Source of the DNA: a virus
Length of the DNA: 64,000 nucleotides
Virus record (IMG/VR): IMGVR_UViG_3300011113_000621
Span: 1-64,000 of that record
Reading direction: 5' to 3' (one strand)
In this document: piece after piece, positions 49,201 to 58,009 of the stretch
Position numbering within the stretch: position 1 is the stretch's first letter
How the letters are laid out: each line of letters begins with the position of its first letter
Translations under genes and position numbers: made by a program
The notes under the pieces: model-generated
Database searches by the model: none
Seen by the model: only the letters and a program-made list of their open reading frames with translations
What the model was told of the DNA's origin: nothing

Positions 49201-52200
49201 GGGCGCTTCTTCAAAATTATTTGACTCGCTAAGGATACGCTCAATTACAGCGTTTGTATTTACATTTAGACGTTGAAGAGCATCACGAACAGCTTCTACT
49301 CTAACTTCATAAAGTCCTTCGTTAGAAGGAGCGTCTGGGTTAAAGTTAAGTAGTGCAGATCCAGATCCATTAACTATTGCCTTTTCAAATTGTTCCAAAA
49401 GGTCTGCCTCTTCAAACTTAGTTGCTATGTATCTTGGATTATCTGAATATCCATTCTCATCTGGTTCTTCTGTTGTCCAATTGTATGAATTAGTATCAAT
49501 GTCATAGTAGTCAGGATTCTTTTCAGTATCCACTGGTATGTTGTAGAGTAGCTCGCCTTGAGGAGCGGCATCACGCTGTTCATCAGACGCGTTAGCCGCT
49601 TTTTCCTCAGTCTCTTTAGGAGTAGAAGCTTCTTTAATTTGAGAAATTTCTTCAAATATGTCATCGATTAGTGCTTCTTCGTCTGGGTCTGGCGTCCCAC
49701 CCGCTGCATCATGTAACTTGTTTAGGTTGTTGCGATTTCCGTTAACTGCGTCATAGGCATTTGCAATAACACGGTTGGGATCTCCACCTGCTAAGAATAT
49801 TGCGTTATACAAAGCTTCGGCTGGAACAAATTCATCACCTTTATTAAACTCTAGCTGCCCTGCCCCGCTGCCATTTGCTCTGCCTGCCGCAGGGGAGGGG
49901 GAATCAACAACATCATCTATTTCCTCGAGATCTAATAACTCGCCATCGTCACCAATACTTGACTCGATGATTTCATTAAAGATTGCATCGTCTTTGTCAC
50001 CAATTAAAGCTTGAGTAAGCGCGACGCTTAGTTGTGGAAGTGTGTACTTAACCGCTAAGCGCTCTGGATCATCTGTAAAGTCTGTCGATTCTTCATCCAC
50101 GCGACCATCTGGCTCGTAGTCGATAGTGCGTAGTTGAAATGCCCCAGCAGGAACGTCAAAATCTCTAAAAAGTGAAGGAGTTGACGGAGTGCTAGGGCTT
50201 GGTACTTTTGGGGGTGTTCCTCCGCCTCCGTCTGGCGGAGTTGGTGATTCGTCTGGGCCTTCATCTCTTCCATCCCAAAGATCAGAAAGAAGCTCTCTAT
50301 ACTTTTTCTCAGCGGCGTCCATAAACGCATCTTCGTCAAAGTCAATTTCAAGCTCGTCGTCGTCTTCTAAGTCACGGCGTTCCTTGTAGGCTCCTTCTAA
50401 TATATCTGAAAGTTGATTTTTTAATGAATCAACGGCAGCTTGAATAAAGTCTTCCTTATTAGCTGTTGCAGAAAAATTATTATTAAATTGATCTTGTATG
50501 TCAAAGCGCGAGTCAGCTGCATCCCACATCTGCTCGACAATGCTTTCACCGACGTCACTTGCATCATTGTCAAGAACTTCTTCAAGTTCCTTTGACATAT
50601 CGAACTCAGACTCGGCTCCGTCTACAACTGTATTAGTGATGTCTTTACCAAAGTCATCAGAGTTCGAGAATGGTCCAGTGTACCTACTCGGTGGAGTTGG
50701 TGGAACTGCACCACCACCTTCGTCGTCTTCCCACTTGGCAAGTTTACTTTCTAGCTCTTTAATCAATTCATCTACTTGCTCTTTTGCTTCTTCTATATCT
50801 CTGTCTAGTGAATTGTCCTTGTCGTCGCCAGTGTCGATTTCATCTAGCTTCTCTTTTAACTCTTCTAATGGAGATAGCGCTCGTTCAACCGCTTCGATCA
50901 CGCCTAATGGCGGATTGTCTAAGTCTGTCCACGTGCCTGCTGCAGGACCATTACCATTATCAGTGTACTCACGTGCGTCAGATAGTGGGCTGTATGCGTC
51001 GTTTAGTGCGTCCTCTAACTTAGTTGCGTCTGAACCATTTAGTTCTCCACCGTTAATAAGGTCTTGTACATTGTATAAGTTTACTGTCTCGTTTGACCAG
51101 TTTTCTACGTCGGTAACACCAGTAAATGCTGTAGGCGGTTTGTTGTCTGAGTCATCGCCGTCTGATGAAGGAGTTGGTGGTTCGTCTGGGCCTTCGCCAG
51201 TATCGTTTCCAATTTCCATTTCTTTTTGGCGAGCGTTGTCAATAAATCCACCGCGATAGTATGGAAGTCCATCTAACTCAAAAAGTCCACTAAGGAACTC
51301 ATCATTATTTTCTGCATCTAACTCATTAACATTGTCAGCAGGTATCAGATCGTTTTCATCTGTCGCACCTGTGTCTATATGGTGATACGTGCCATCTGGG
51401 AATCTGACAATTAGGCTCTGGCCATCGCCATCTGCAAAGACAACTTCTGCACCCTTAGGGATGGAAGGGTCTAATGTATTTGGATCTATACCTGGCATGT
51501 CCGGTAAAGGCTTTGCAGCATATTTTCTAAGATCTCTGCCTTCTGCACCGTCAAAGACTGCAGCGTGACGTTCTTGAGCTGACTTACTACTGTCAAGAGC
51601 AATTGCCTTAGCAGAATTGTAGTCAAACGTGGTAGGCTCTCTGTCCGGTGAGGCAGCAGACTTATCTTTAGTTCCGATCTTCTCATCAAGCATATCAATA
51701 GCTTTGCCAAGAAGATCTTTAGCCTTCTCTATACGAGGGCCGCCAGGAAATCCAGGTCTTTCAACTTCATCAAAGAAACTTTTAATGGCGCTACGCGCAT
51801 TCTTACGATCATCTTGATTATTTGGAATGTCATTCTTTAAGCTGTTACCAAATCCTACGTTAGCATCTTTTAATGCTTCTCTAGCATCATAATATCTATT
51901 TGAGGCAGCCTCATTTGGAATGTCACCACTACGTCCATGCTCGAGAACTTCATTGTATGCCTCTTGAATAACTGCTGCAATCTCATTGTTGTCACCAGCA
52001 AATCTTGGAACTTCTCCTCCACCAATACCATCAAGCTGCTCTTTGATAGCATCAACACTGTTTTGGTGACCGAATAAGGTACTCTTAAGGAAGTTTTTAT
52101 TCCAGATTTTTTCTGCGTTATTCCACTTAAATCCAAGTCTCTTTATCAACTCTCTTTGAGGATATGTGTTTCCAGAAAGCTTTACCTGAACGCCATCAAC

Positions 52201-53739
52201 ATTTCCTGGCTCACGGCCAGGGAAAACTCCAACTGGTATTTTCTTACTTTCTGCAGTGTAGTTTACGCCGTTAGGAAGTGCTCCTGACTCACTAACGCCT
52301 TCGGGAAGAAGTTTATCGTCAGTGCTTTCTTTTCTACGCGCCTTGTCTGGGTTTTTACGAGCGTAGTCTGCCTCAATTCTGCGAACCTGCTCGCGAGTCA
52401 TATTAAGGTCTTCTGCTACTTCCTCGAGAGACTCGCCGTCCATACGTCTACTAAAAATTGATTCAGCAAGACGCTCTTGTTGCGCATCGCGAGCAGCCTG
52501 TATACCTTTTGCGTTCTCTTCGTCACCGCGGTCTTGGACTCCAACACTTTCCTTAAACTTGTCATAATCAGGCGAGTCCTTCTCTGCAAGAGATTGCGCC
52601 TCTGCCCATGATTTAACATTTCCAACGTTATCGCCAGTGTTTCCGTCTTTATCAAGACGATGAAGCGCGAAGCCAGACTCGTTTGGAATTAGCTTATAGT
52701 CATCGTCAGACATAAACGATCCATCATCTTGCTTTGTCCAACCAGAAGGAGCATCAACTCTTGTCTTAAGAAGGTCTGCAAGATTTGGAATATTAGCAGA
52801 TGATAATTCCTTGGCGGTTGGTTTACGTGCGCCTGTATCTCTTTTTATTCCAGCTCGTTTTAGTGCTTTTCCAGGAATGCGAGCTTTTATAGGTGTTGCA
52901 TTTGCACTTTCAATCGAGTAAATTCCATCAGGTAACGAGTTATTTCCACGAATTTCAACAAGACCAGCGTTTGCAACTGGCTTGCCGTTCTCTGTCGAGT
53001 AACCACGTGCGGCGTTAACGCCAACGTAAGTTCCACCAGCGCTTCCAATGTCTCCATTGGGAAGTCTAAAGTTAAAATCAATTCCACGTCCCATCTCAAC
53101 CCAACGTCCCCTACGGTCACGCCACTGCAATGCAACACGAGCGCGACGGGCAGCACTTGAATTTCCTCCACCAAAACCAAATGCAGCTAATAAAGTTTTG
53201 ATTGGAGACTCATCAATCTTAAAAAATAAAGGAATGGCCGATGCCAATGTGACGCGCAAACGCGCAAATGCATGGCGACGTTGGATTGATCCTGGCTCAA
53301 GCGAGTGAGCAGTTGCAATTAAAGGACGAATTGAGTTATCAATAGATGGATCTGACGAAAGCCATTGAGCATATCTTTCTCGAGCAACGTCACTTGACGC
53401 AGTCAAATTTAATGATGATCTAGGGTGGCCAATTGGTAGTAGGTCAGTGTTAGATGAATACTCATATGCCTTAAAGGTGTCTTGATGTGCCGTGATAAAC
53501 TTTGCAACCTCGCGAAGTACACCAAGCTCACGGGACTCATTTGACAACGATGAAAGACTGGCGTTTGCGCGATTCATGACTGTAAGCGCACTACGAGGAA
53601 TAACTCTACGCTCAATTGGAGCGTTCTTGTTTGCCTCTACTACAAGAGATAAAACTTTTTCACGAAGAGATAAAGGTTTGTAGCCTTTTGGGTAGATTGC
53701 CTTACGATCTACCATCTTGCTTACTAATTCTTCGTACAT
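46243..53739 (-). CDS. 2498-aa polyvalent head-associated protein (sigma-4-like HTH, KOW, GNAT-like and HipA/PI-kinase-like domains)
   Basis: Uninterrupted ORF between portal and protease; RDRRGRW; SLEEVAEDLNMTREQVRRIE; KQKGFGSAY...GGFVWA..GY; FYVK...E...NVDRHDGN...VDN. Confidence 0.7.
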   Translation of the reverse strand: MYEELVSKMVDRKAIYPKGYKPLSLREKVLSLVVEANKNAPIERRVIPRSALTVMNRANASLSSLSNESRELGVLREVAKFITAHQDTFKAYEYSSNTDLLPIGHPRSSLNLTASSDVARERYAQWLSSDPSIDNSIRPLIATAHSLEPGSIQRRHAFARLRVTLASAIPLFFKIDESPIKTLLAAFGFGGGNSSAARRARVALQWRDRRGRWVEMGRGIDFNFRLPNGDIGSAGGTYVGVNAARGYSTENGKPVANAGLVEIRGNNSLPDGIYSIESANATPIKARIPGKALKRAGIKRDTGARKPTAKELSSANIPNLADLLKTRVDAPSGWTKQDDGSFMSDDDYKLIPNESGFALHRLDKDGNTGDNVGNVKSWAEAQSLAEKDSPDYDKFKESVGVQDRGDEENAKGIQAARDAQQERLAESIFSRRMDGESLEEVAEDLNMTREQVRRIEADYARKNPDKARRKESTDDKLLPEGVSESGALPNGVNYTAESKKIPVGVFPGREPGNVDGVQVKLSGNTYPQRELIKRLGFKWNNAEKIWNKNFLKSTLFGHQNSVDAIKEQLDGIGGGEVPRFAGDNNEIAAVIQEAYNEVLEHGRSGDIPNEAASNRYYDAREALKDANVGFGNSLKNDIPNNQDDRKNARSAIKSFFDEVERPGFPGGPRIEKAKDLLGKAIDMLDEKIGTKDKSAASPDREPTTFDYNSAKAIALDSSKSAQERHAAVFDGAEGRDLRKYAAKPLPDMPGIDPNTLDPSIPKGAEVVFADGDGQSLIVRFPDGTYHHIDTGATDENDLIPADNVNELDAENNDEFLSGLFELDGLPYYRGGFIDNARQKEMEIGNDTGEGPDEPPTPSSDGDDSDNKPPTAFTGVTDVENWSNETVNLYNVQDLINGGELNGSDATKLEDALNDAYSPLSDAREYTDNGNGPAAGTWTDLDNPPLGVIEAVERALSPLEELKEKLDEIDTGDDKDNSLDRDIEEAKEQVDELIKELESKLAKWEDDEGGGAVPPTPPSRYTGPFSNSDDFGKDITNTVVDGAESEFDMSKELEEVLDNDASDVGESIVEQMWDAADSRFDIQDQFNNNFSATANKEDFIQAAVDSLKNQLSDILEGAYKERRDLEDDDELEIDFDEDAFMDAAEKKYRELLSDLWDGRDEGPDESPTPPDGGGGTPPKVPSPSTPSTPSLFRDFDVPAGAFQLRTIDYEPDGRVDEESTDFTDDPERLAVKYTLPQLSVALTQALIGDKDDAIFNEIIESSIGDDGELLDLEEIDDVVDSPSPAAGRANGSGAGQLEFNKGDEFVPAEALYNAIFLAGGDPNRVIANAYDAVNGNRNNLNKLHDAAGGTPDPDEEALIDDIFEEISQIKEASTPKETEEKAANASDEQRDAAPQGELLYNIPVDTEKNPDYYDIDTNSYNWTTEEPDENGYSDNPRYIATKFEEADLLEQFEKAIVNGSGSALLNFNPDAPSNEGLYEVRVEAVRDALQRLNVNTNAVIERILSESNNFEEAPEPAQVPEPAQVANMFNENIDAIKDFYDVDDDLFPSGVKVISYLPSDGSLAYIDPWEDLYVARNGSITQVTVSPEWFSDPRGAGQAGWRDLTPQERASIYDTSSEPEEDETETSEPAPVTPQYQYPGPEEAGYSPNNTTIVRDGVVVGKGARVQAIKDGKLGTVTAIQNNPEYLRIKFDDGTTQVRSASKVRAISTDSGGASTVVTREEMLPSTDVQQRLDRPLLPAPRIARSGDTIGVNDESTRPDFLEGKTREDSVQSNFSAWKDRDAEIAKAGKDRVSLDVLEQLAYKYSLADQDGSAKEVNEIKDEIKRLIGDAYGDRSGISFGGDFYTLKVRDVSIDVDLENSYNNPSKEDMDNGKASVSFGIALDIRDVNGRPIGRAKRSIKIKRKLDRDGNVTEVSKSGYAEFMALYNKELKQKGFGSAYNRWVENWYAANGIEKVYVGAAGGGEYQGGFVWALTGYTWTNSTDVVNIMQKLRRQARTDLENVQLDVLKYRVDRAKLNDGSYNLSILPTPLEFALVGWDPEKDPEKGKWLGKTVMMDTGWSGVKHLNPTAREQIQAINYNQIKNARKRVLSKQNIPSVSSQGLSVIESDEFRNDGVISPYYSQIKDALRNNRSLAVLSVDAKNALNDYVSRQMLNKNRSLSLDDVFRLRDGLSNEYRADHGYSDPFNSANVLSEFTVDDFSAAASGGTSKIAEAGFEVKRLNGLGVNDQYGMFEVTHIASGQKFYVKNDEYAADYSETPAGITELEASIIFRAAGMQGIHDVRAAKNQQNLVVMSEAGSNVPLVSRAVNAGPGARNGIPDASGTITRLQYDPQRFVELLDNPEDIIRMSIFDILSNNVDRHDGNYMIAFDKSTGKLRVFPVDNTLGEIKKDETRIEDFLIDSDSFAGSDAYQNYMPILINKIGTGDLLKIYRHQIKNITDNLSNPLYQPKGFEMDKIIEKWGTYDAFKDAVSSRLNNLISKNSQEYKALENALRLGYWN
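49168..49203. repeat. Exact 18-bp tandem duplication (PEPAQV x2) in a linker of the giant protein
   Basis: tacttgagcaggctcggg occurs twice in tandem. Confidence 0.9.
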
Positions 53740-55061
53740 TATCTATTTCGCCCTTTCGGGAGTAGGTCTGCATCATTTGAAGCATAAAGTTTAGTTGCAA
53801 GTTGATATGCTCGATCAAACGGAACGTCTCCGTCACGGACACCACGTAACCATGCACCGCGTAATGCTGGAATGATCTCGTAGCCAAGACCTGAGTACTC
53901 TGCCATCGAGTAAATTGCATGCTCTGGAGAACCATATTCATCAAGTGACTTTAATGCAACCTGCATAAGCTCATGCTGCATCATTGAAGCCTCTGCTCTT
54001 GAGGACTTTGGATGTGCCTTTGGCAAGAGATCGTTGTCCTGCTTGTAATTTGGATTTGCAGGAGACCCTGAGCGCAACAGCTTTAGAAACGCGTTAACGC
54101 GAGCCATTGCCCACTGATCACGAGTCTTGCCTGGTCTATGGCTAGATGAAAATGCGCCTGACCCTCTACGATACACTGCCTTTAACATTGGTAACGTTGC
54201 CTTGCGTCCTGGCTTTGCGTTCTTGTTATGCTCTACTACCTTTTTACGAAGTGAATTTTCTGTTTTTTGTGAGAATACAATTTTCTTTCCACCTGAGGCT
54301 GATCCCTTTGGATTTTTCTTTGATCCGTAGATGCGATCCTTCTTTGGAGCTTTGCGTGATGCGGCAAACTCTTGAGCTGCAGATGAGTCCTTAGGAACAC
54401 AGTTAGGAACCATTCTGCCATTTTTCTTTTTCATTCCAACTTGAACGTATCCGTCCCAACATGGACCAGCGGCTGCAGTTACGACGCCATCTGGGATAAG
54501 TGCAAAGCGGCAGTAACCTTCAGGCTCTACCTGTGCATCAATGATCTTGCACTCACTGCCACCAACATATAAAATGCAGTTGGCACACTTAACACCAATG
54601 TCCTTAATATCATTTTTCTCCGCAGGTTCATATCCTGCCCAAACGCCCGTGTCATCAGAGTTAAACTTTCCGTATTTTTGAGTAATTTCAATAAGCGCGT
54701 CGGCAAGATCTTGTTCCTCGGCAACGACAATTCCTGCAGCTAAGAGAGCGTCCTCCTGCTCGATTTGAAATGTCTCATACATCTCATCGTGCGCGTGATC
54801 ATCATAGTCTTCACTGTCAACGTTAATTGAGTTTATGCGCATTGGGCACATGCAGGTAATCGGGCAAGGGCACTGACTTGATGGGCAGTTCTCGCAAGAG
54901 CAGGAATTTTCGTAACAGTAAGGGCAGTCATTTACTTCTGCTTCTACTGGAAGATTTGCTGGCTCTTCTTGCTTGTGTGACTTACCATTTATCTTTGAGT
55001 ATAGATCCGCCATGCGTAGCAGAAGCTCAGCTGCTTCTTGCTTGGTGTTATCGTCATGCAT
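53739..55061 (-). CDS. Modular Cys-rich head-region protein
   Basis: Metallothionein-like Cys run, CANC...C...GYC module, CWDGY...VPNCVP module, VYRRG.GA...RP...QWA.ARVN.F module. Confidence 0.65.
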   Translation of the reverse strand: MHDDNTKQEAAELLLRMADLYSKINGKSHKQEEPANLPVEAEVNDCPYCYENSCSCENCPSSQCPCPITCMCPMRINSINVDSEDYDDHAHDEMYETFQIEQEDALLAAGIVVAEEQDLADALIEITQKYGKFNSDDTGVWAGYEPAEKNDIKDIGVKCANCILYVGGSECKIIDAQVEPEGYCRFALIPDGVVTAAAGPCWDGYVQVGMKKKNGRMVPNCVPKDSSAAQEFAASRKAPKKDRIYGSKKNPKGSASGGKKIVFSQKTENSLRKKVVEHNKNAKPGRKATLPMLKAVYRRGSGAFSSSHRPGKTRDQWAMARVNAFLKLLRSGSPANPNYKQDNDLLPKAHPKSSRAEASMMQHELMQVALKSLDEYGSPEHAIYSMAEYSGLGYEIIPALRGAWLRGVRDGDVPFDRAYQLATKLYASNDADLLPKGRNR

Positions 55062-56736
55062 TTGGAGGTACCTCGTCTTGGGGAGTTACTTGCTCTGGTG
55101 TTGCTGGTGGTTGTTGTGCGGCCTGCTCTAAGATTTGTTCAATCTCTGGTGGAACTGGCGCTACGGACTGTGCCTGTTGAACCTCGCGAAGCTTATTCAT
55201 AAGTTCAGGTGATATTGCACCTATCATCTGCTCGGTAAGTTCTGGTGATATTGAACCCTTTTCTATCAAAAGACGAAGTGCTAGTTCCTTTGACTCTGGA
55301 GCATCAGAGCTTGAGAAACCGTGAGCGCGTCTCCAGGCATCAAATGAAACTGCCATGCGATCAAATCCAGAGTCTGCGTCTGCAGCTCTATCATTACGTG
55401 TTGCTACTTGAGATGGGTCATACCAGAGACAGACGCGCTTAACGTCTTCCTCTCTAAAACCTGCAGAGAGAAGCGCAGGACGAAGATACATAACTGTCAA
55501 CGCGTCAACGATGATAAGCATCAACGGTTCAATGTGTGCCTTGTAAAGCGCCTCGTCAATTTGTAGCGCGTTCGAGTATTTAACGTTGGCTAAACCTGTA
55601 ACAACATCCTTTGGCACGTCTAGACCTTGAAGGATACGCTCTAACACGCGGTCAGCGCGTTGTGCAAGCGATGGGTCAAACGATCTTTCAAACTTAAATT
55701 GCTTGATTCTGTCGCCAAGCTCTGCAGGACCACGAATGATAAGAGGAACAACTGCAGATGCAGAATCCTCGTCACGAATCGGAGTCGTCATTGCATCAAT
55801 GAGTTGATCTTCAAACTCGTCGGCTGCCTCCTCGGCAGTCATGCCAGGACTTAACTCGTTCTCATCATCATAAGGATAGTCTGGGTCTGGACTTGCTGCA
55901 ACTGAAAGTCCGTCTGGCAAATAAAGTGCACCAGCGTTGAGTCGCGAGCGCGCGGTTGCTCTAAACGTGCGATTTAGAAGTAGAAGCTCTGCGCATAGAT
56001 CTAAGAGACCGCGCATGCTCGAATCTGCTTCCTCGGAGTAACGTGGGTGAGCTCTCCAAATTCGTCCAACAAAACTTGTGTTGGGAAGCTTTAATGCGGC
56101 AGCTGCGTTTTTGCCGCCTGACGTGACAACGTCACGACGTGGAATTATTAGATACTGGTTGCGTGCATCAACTTGAAGCTCGTCTGTTGAGCGAATATCC
56201 CAGCTTTCAGGAACGCCCGTTCCTTTACGCTCAGGGAATTGCACAAGATAGCACTCACCTGAAACCGATAGGTTTAGGGCTGCATCTCGTAATAGTCCAG
56301 CCTGTCCGCCGTATGCAGAGTCTAATCGCGCTAACGCACGCTCTGCAGCAGCAGCTAATCTCTGGTCAACAACATCGCTGTTGTTAACAGGGACAGGCGA
56401 CTCCGCGGGATTATCAACCGCGGCTGCATAAAGACGAATACGTGAAACAACTGATGCAACAAGGTTAAATGCATACTTAACTTCGCCAATTGCATCATAG
56501 TACTCCCAGGCTTCACTCTGCCAATCAGAGGATCCGCCTGTTCTACGTTGCTTAAATCTTTCAACCTCGCCCTTATCATTTATGGCGATTTGTACTGCCG
56601 CTGCAGTTATAGGTCGCGGAGCAGAGTAAGGTAGTGATTGCGCATATGAGATATCTGAAATGACAACTGGAGTTGTTACATTACGTTGTGGTCTTTGATT
56701 GCGAGGAGGAAATTCCTCGCGACGAAAAATTGCCAC
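55054..56736 (-). CDS. Portal protein
   Basis: WQSEAWEYYD.IGE, RIWR.HP.....ADS, RSRL.AG.L.LP, SA.VP..I, GLDVP...TG; follows terminase and DUF1360. Confidence 0.85.
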   Translation of the reverse strand: MAIFRREEFPPRNQRPQRNVTTPVVISDISYAQSLPYSAPRPITAAAVQIAINDKGEVERFKQRRTGGSSDWQSEAWEYYDAIGEVKYAFNLVASVVSRIRLYAAAVDNPAESPVPVNNSDVVDQRLAAAAERALARLDSAYGGQAGLLRDAALNLSVSGECYLVQFPERKGTGVPESWDIRSTDELQVDARNQYLIIPRRDVVTSGGKNAAAALKLPNTSFVGRIWRAHPRYSEEADSSMRGLLDLCAELLLLNRTFRATARSRLNAGALYLPDGLSVAASPDPDYPYDDENELSPGMTAEEAADEFEDQLIDAMTTPIRDEDSASAVVPLIIRGPAELGDRIKQFKFERSFDPSLAQRADRVLERILQGLDVPKDVVTGLANVKYSNALQIDEALYKAHIEPLMLIIVDALTVMYLRPALLSAGFREEDVKRVCLWYDPSQVATRNDRAADADSGFDRMAVSFDAWRRAHGFSSSDAPESKELALRLLIEKGSISPELTEQMIGAISPELMNKLREVQQAQSVAPVPPEIEQILEQAAQQPPATPEQVTPQDEVPPNA

Positions 56737-56774
56737 TTAAACTCCTGTCATTAAGATAACGGAACGCATTAACA

Positions 56775-57086
56775 TTACCTGTCAAGTCGTGCGGTTATTA
56801 AGCCTGCTATCGCAGACAGGGCAAATATACACCCAATTAGGAATACCGTACTTGGAAAAAATGCATAAAGAAACATGGTTGGAAGCGCGATCCAAAGGGA
56901 CATACACCACTCACAGGTAAACAGGTATCCGATTGAACTCGTGTGAGAGGGCTTCCTGCTAAAGACCCAGTCACGCACGGGCTCAAATATTGTGTCAACT
57001 ATTACCAGGCGCGTTAGGCGATAAACCATAAGCGCAAGTACAACGAAGTGAAGGGCTGATATGTTTTCTATCTCGTATAGGTTCAT
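56775..57086 (-). CDS. DUF1360-like membrane protein
   Basis: YRLTRL...D.IF..VR...L..C.WC.S.W; hydrophobic helices. Confidence 0.75.
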   Translation of the reverse strand: MNLYEIENISALHFVVLALMVYRLTRLVIVDTIFEPVRDWVFSRKPSHTSSIGYLFTCEWCMSLWIALPTMFLYAFFPSTVFLIGCIFALSAIAGLITARLDR

Positions 57087-57466
57087 GATGTTGGGTCCTT
57101 TACTGAGTCCATTGTTTTATAAGGGCTAAATGACCGTAGGCGACTGCCACAGGTACATCCTTGCACATGCTTAAATGCAACTATCTTCCCAGATAAGGTA
57201 AGTGCCTGGGAGTCAAGCTTTTTATCTCCGGACCAGTTTAGGTCCGCGAGTCGTTCTGAGAATATAAGGCGAGGTCCTCCTGAGGCATCTGCCGCAACAA
57301 CAAGGACCAAGCTTGAATCATCCTGCATAACTATAGTTCTTACCCTCTCAAGATAGCGGCCTCCGTCTGGAACCTTACTTGAGGTTGTTGCTTCCTTAAA
57401 GTCCTCCATTACGTTTGCGGGGATTGCAACTATAGTGGATGGAAAGAAGTCATGGATAATCTTCAT
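57083..57466 (-). CDS. Hypothetical protein
   Basis: Operonic ORF with C-terminal GC.CGSRL motif. Confidence 0.55.
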   Translation of the reverse strand: MKIIHDFFPSTIVAIPANVMEDFKEATTSSKVPDGGRYLERVRTIVMQDDSSLVLVVAADASGGPRLIFSERLADLNWSGDKKLDSQALTLSGKIVAFKHVQGCTCGSRLRSFSPYKTMDSVKDPTS

Positions 57467-57951
57467 ACTGTAAGCGCCCGATCTACTCTACGTTTCATTG
57501 CTCGATAGGTAACGCCTGAGACGCGGGCGAGCTCTGAGACCGTGACTCCCTTTAGATATAGGTTCTTGGCGATGTCTGAAAGTTCATGGTTGGCATTAAA
57601 TGAGGCTGAGGCTGGTGACGTGCGGGAACGATAACGTCTTGCCAGCGGTGATAATCTTGCGATGCGTAACTGCTCGTCAATTGGGATTCCTGGGCTTTTA
57701 GGACGAACTCTTCTTAGGCGCGGTGACTTTATGGGAGGGCGAGGAACGGGCGAGATGGACGCTTGCTCCTTGACCTTACGAACTGTCCAGGCGCGAATTG
57801 TTGAGCGCGTCTTTACGGGAGTAAAGGCATTTGCAATTGATTGATATGACCAGCCTACTGCAACAAGCTCCTGAACTCTAAAGCACAAGGCGTCCTTTGT
57901 AAGTGTAACGAGCAGATCTCTCTCGCTCTTAGGCAGTAGCGGTGCGGCCAT
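57463..57951 (-). CDS. Tandem helix-turn-helix DNA-binding protein
   Basis: GWSYQSIANAF...RSTIRAW and GVTVSELARVSGVTYRAMKRR. Confidence 0.65.
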   Translation of the reverse strand: MAAPLLPKSERDLLVTLTKDALCFRVQELVAVGWSYQSIANAFTPVKTRSTIRAWTVRKVKEQASISPVPRPPIKSPRLRRVRPKSPGIPIDEQLRIARLSPLARRYRSRTSPASASFNANHELSDIAKNLYLKGVTVSELARVSGVTYRAMKRRVDRALTV

Positions 57952-58009
57952 GGAGTTACCTTAACACGCGCTCGTCAAAGCGTGTACAAACTGCTCGGTG
58001 TTTTGTACT

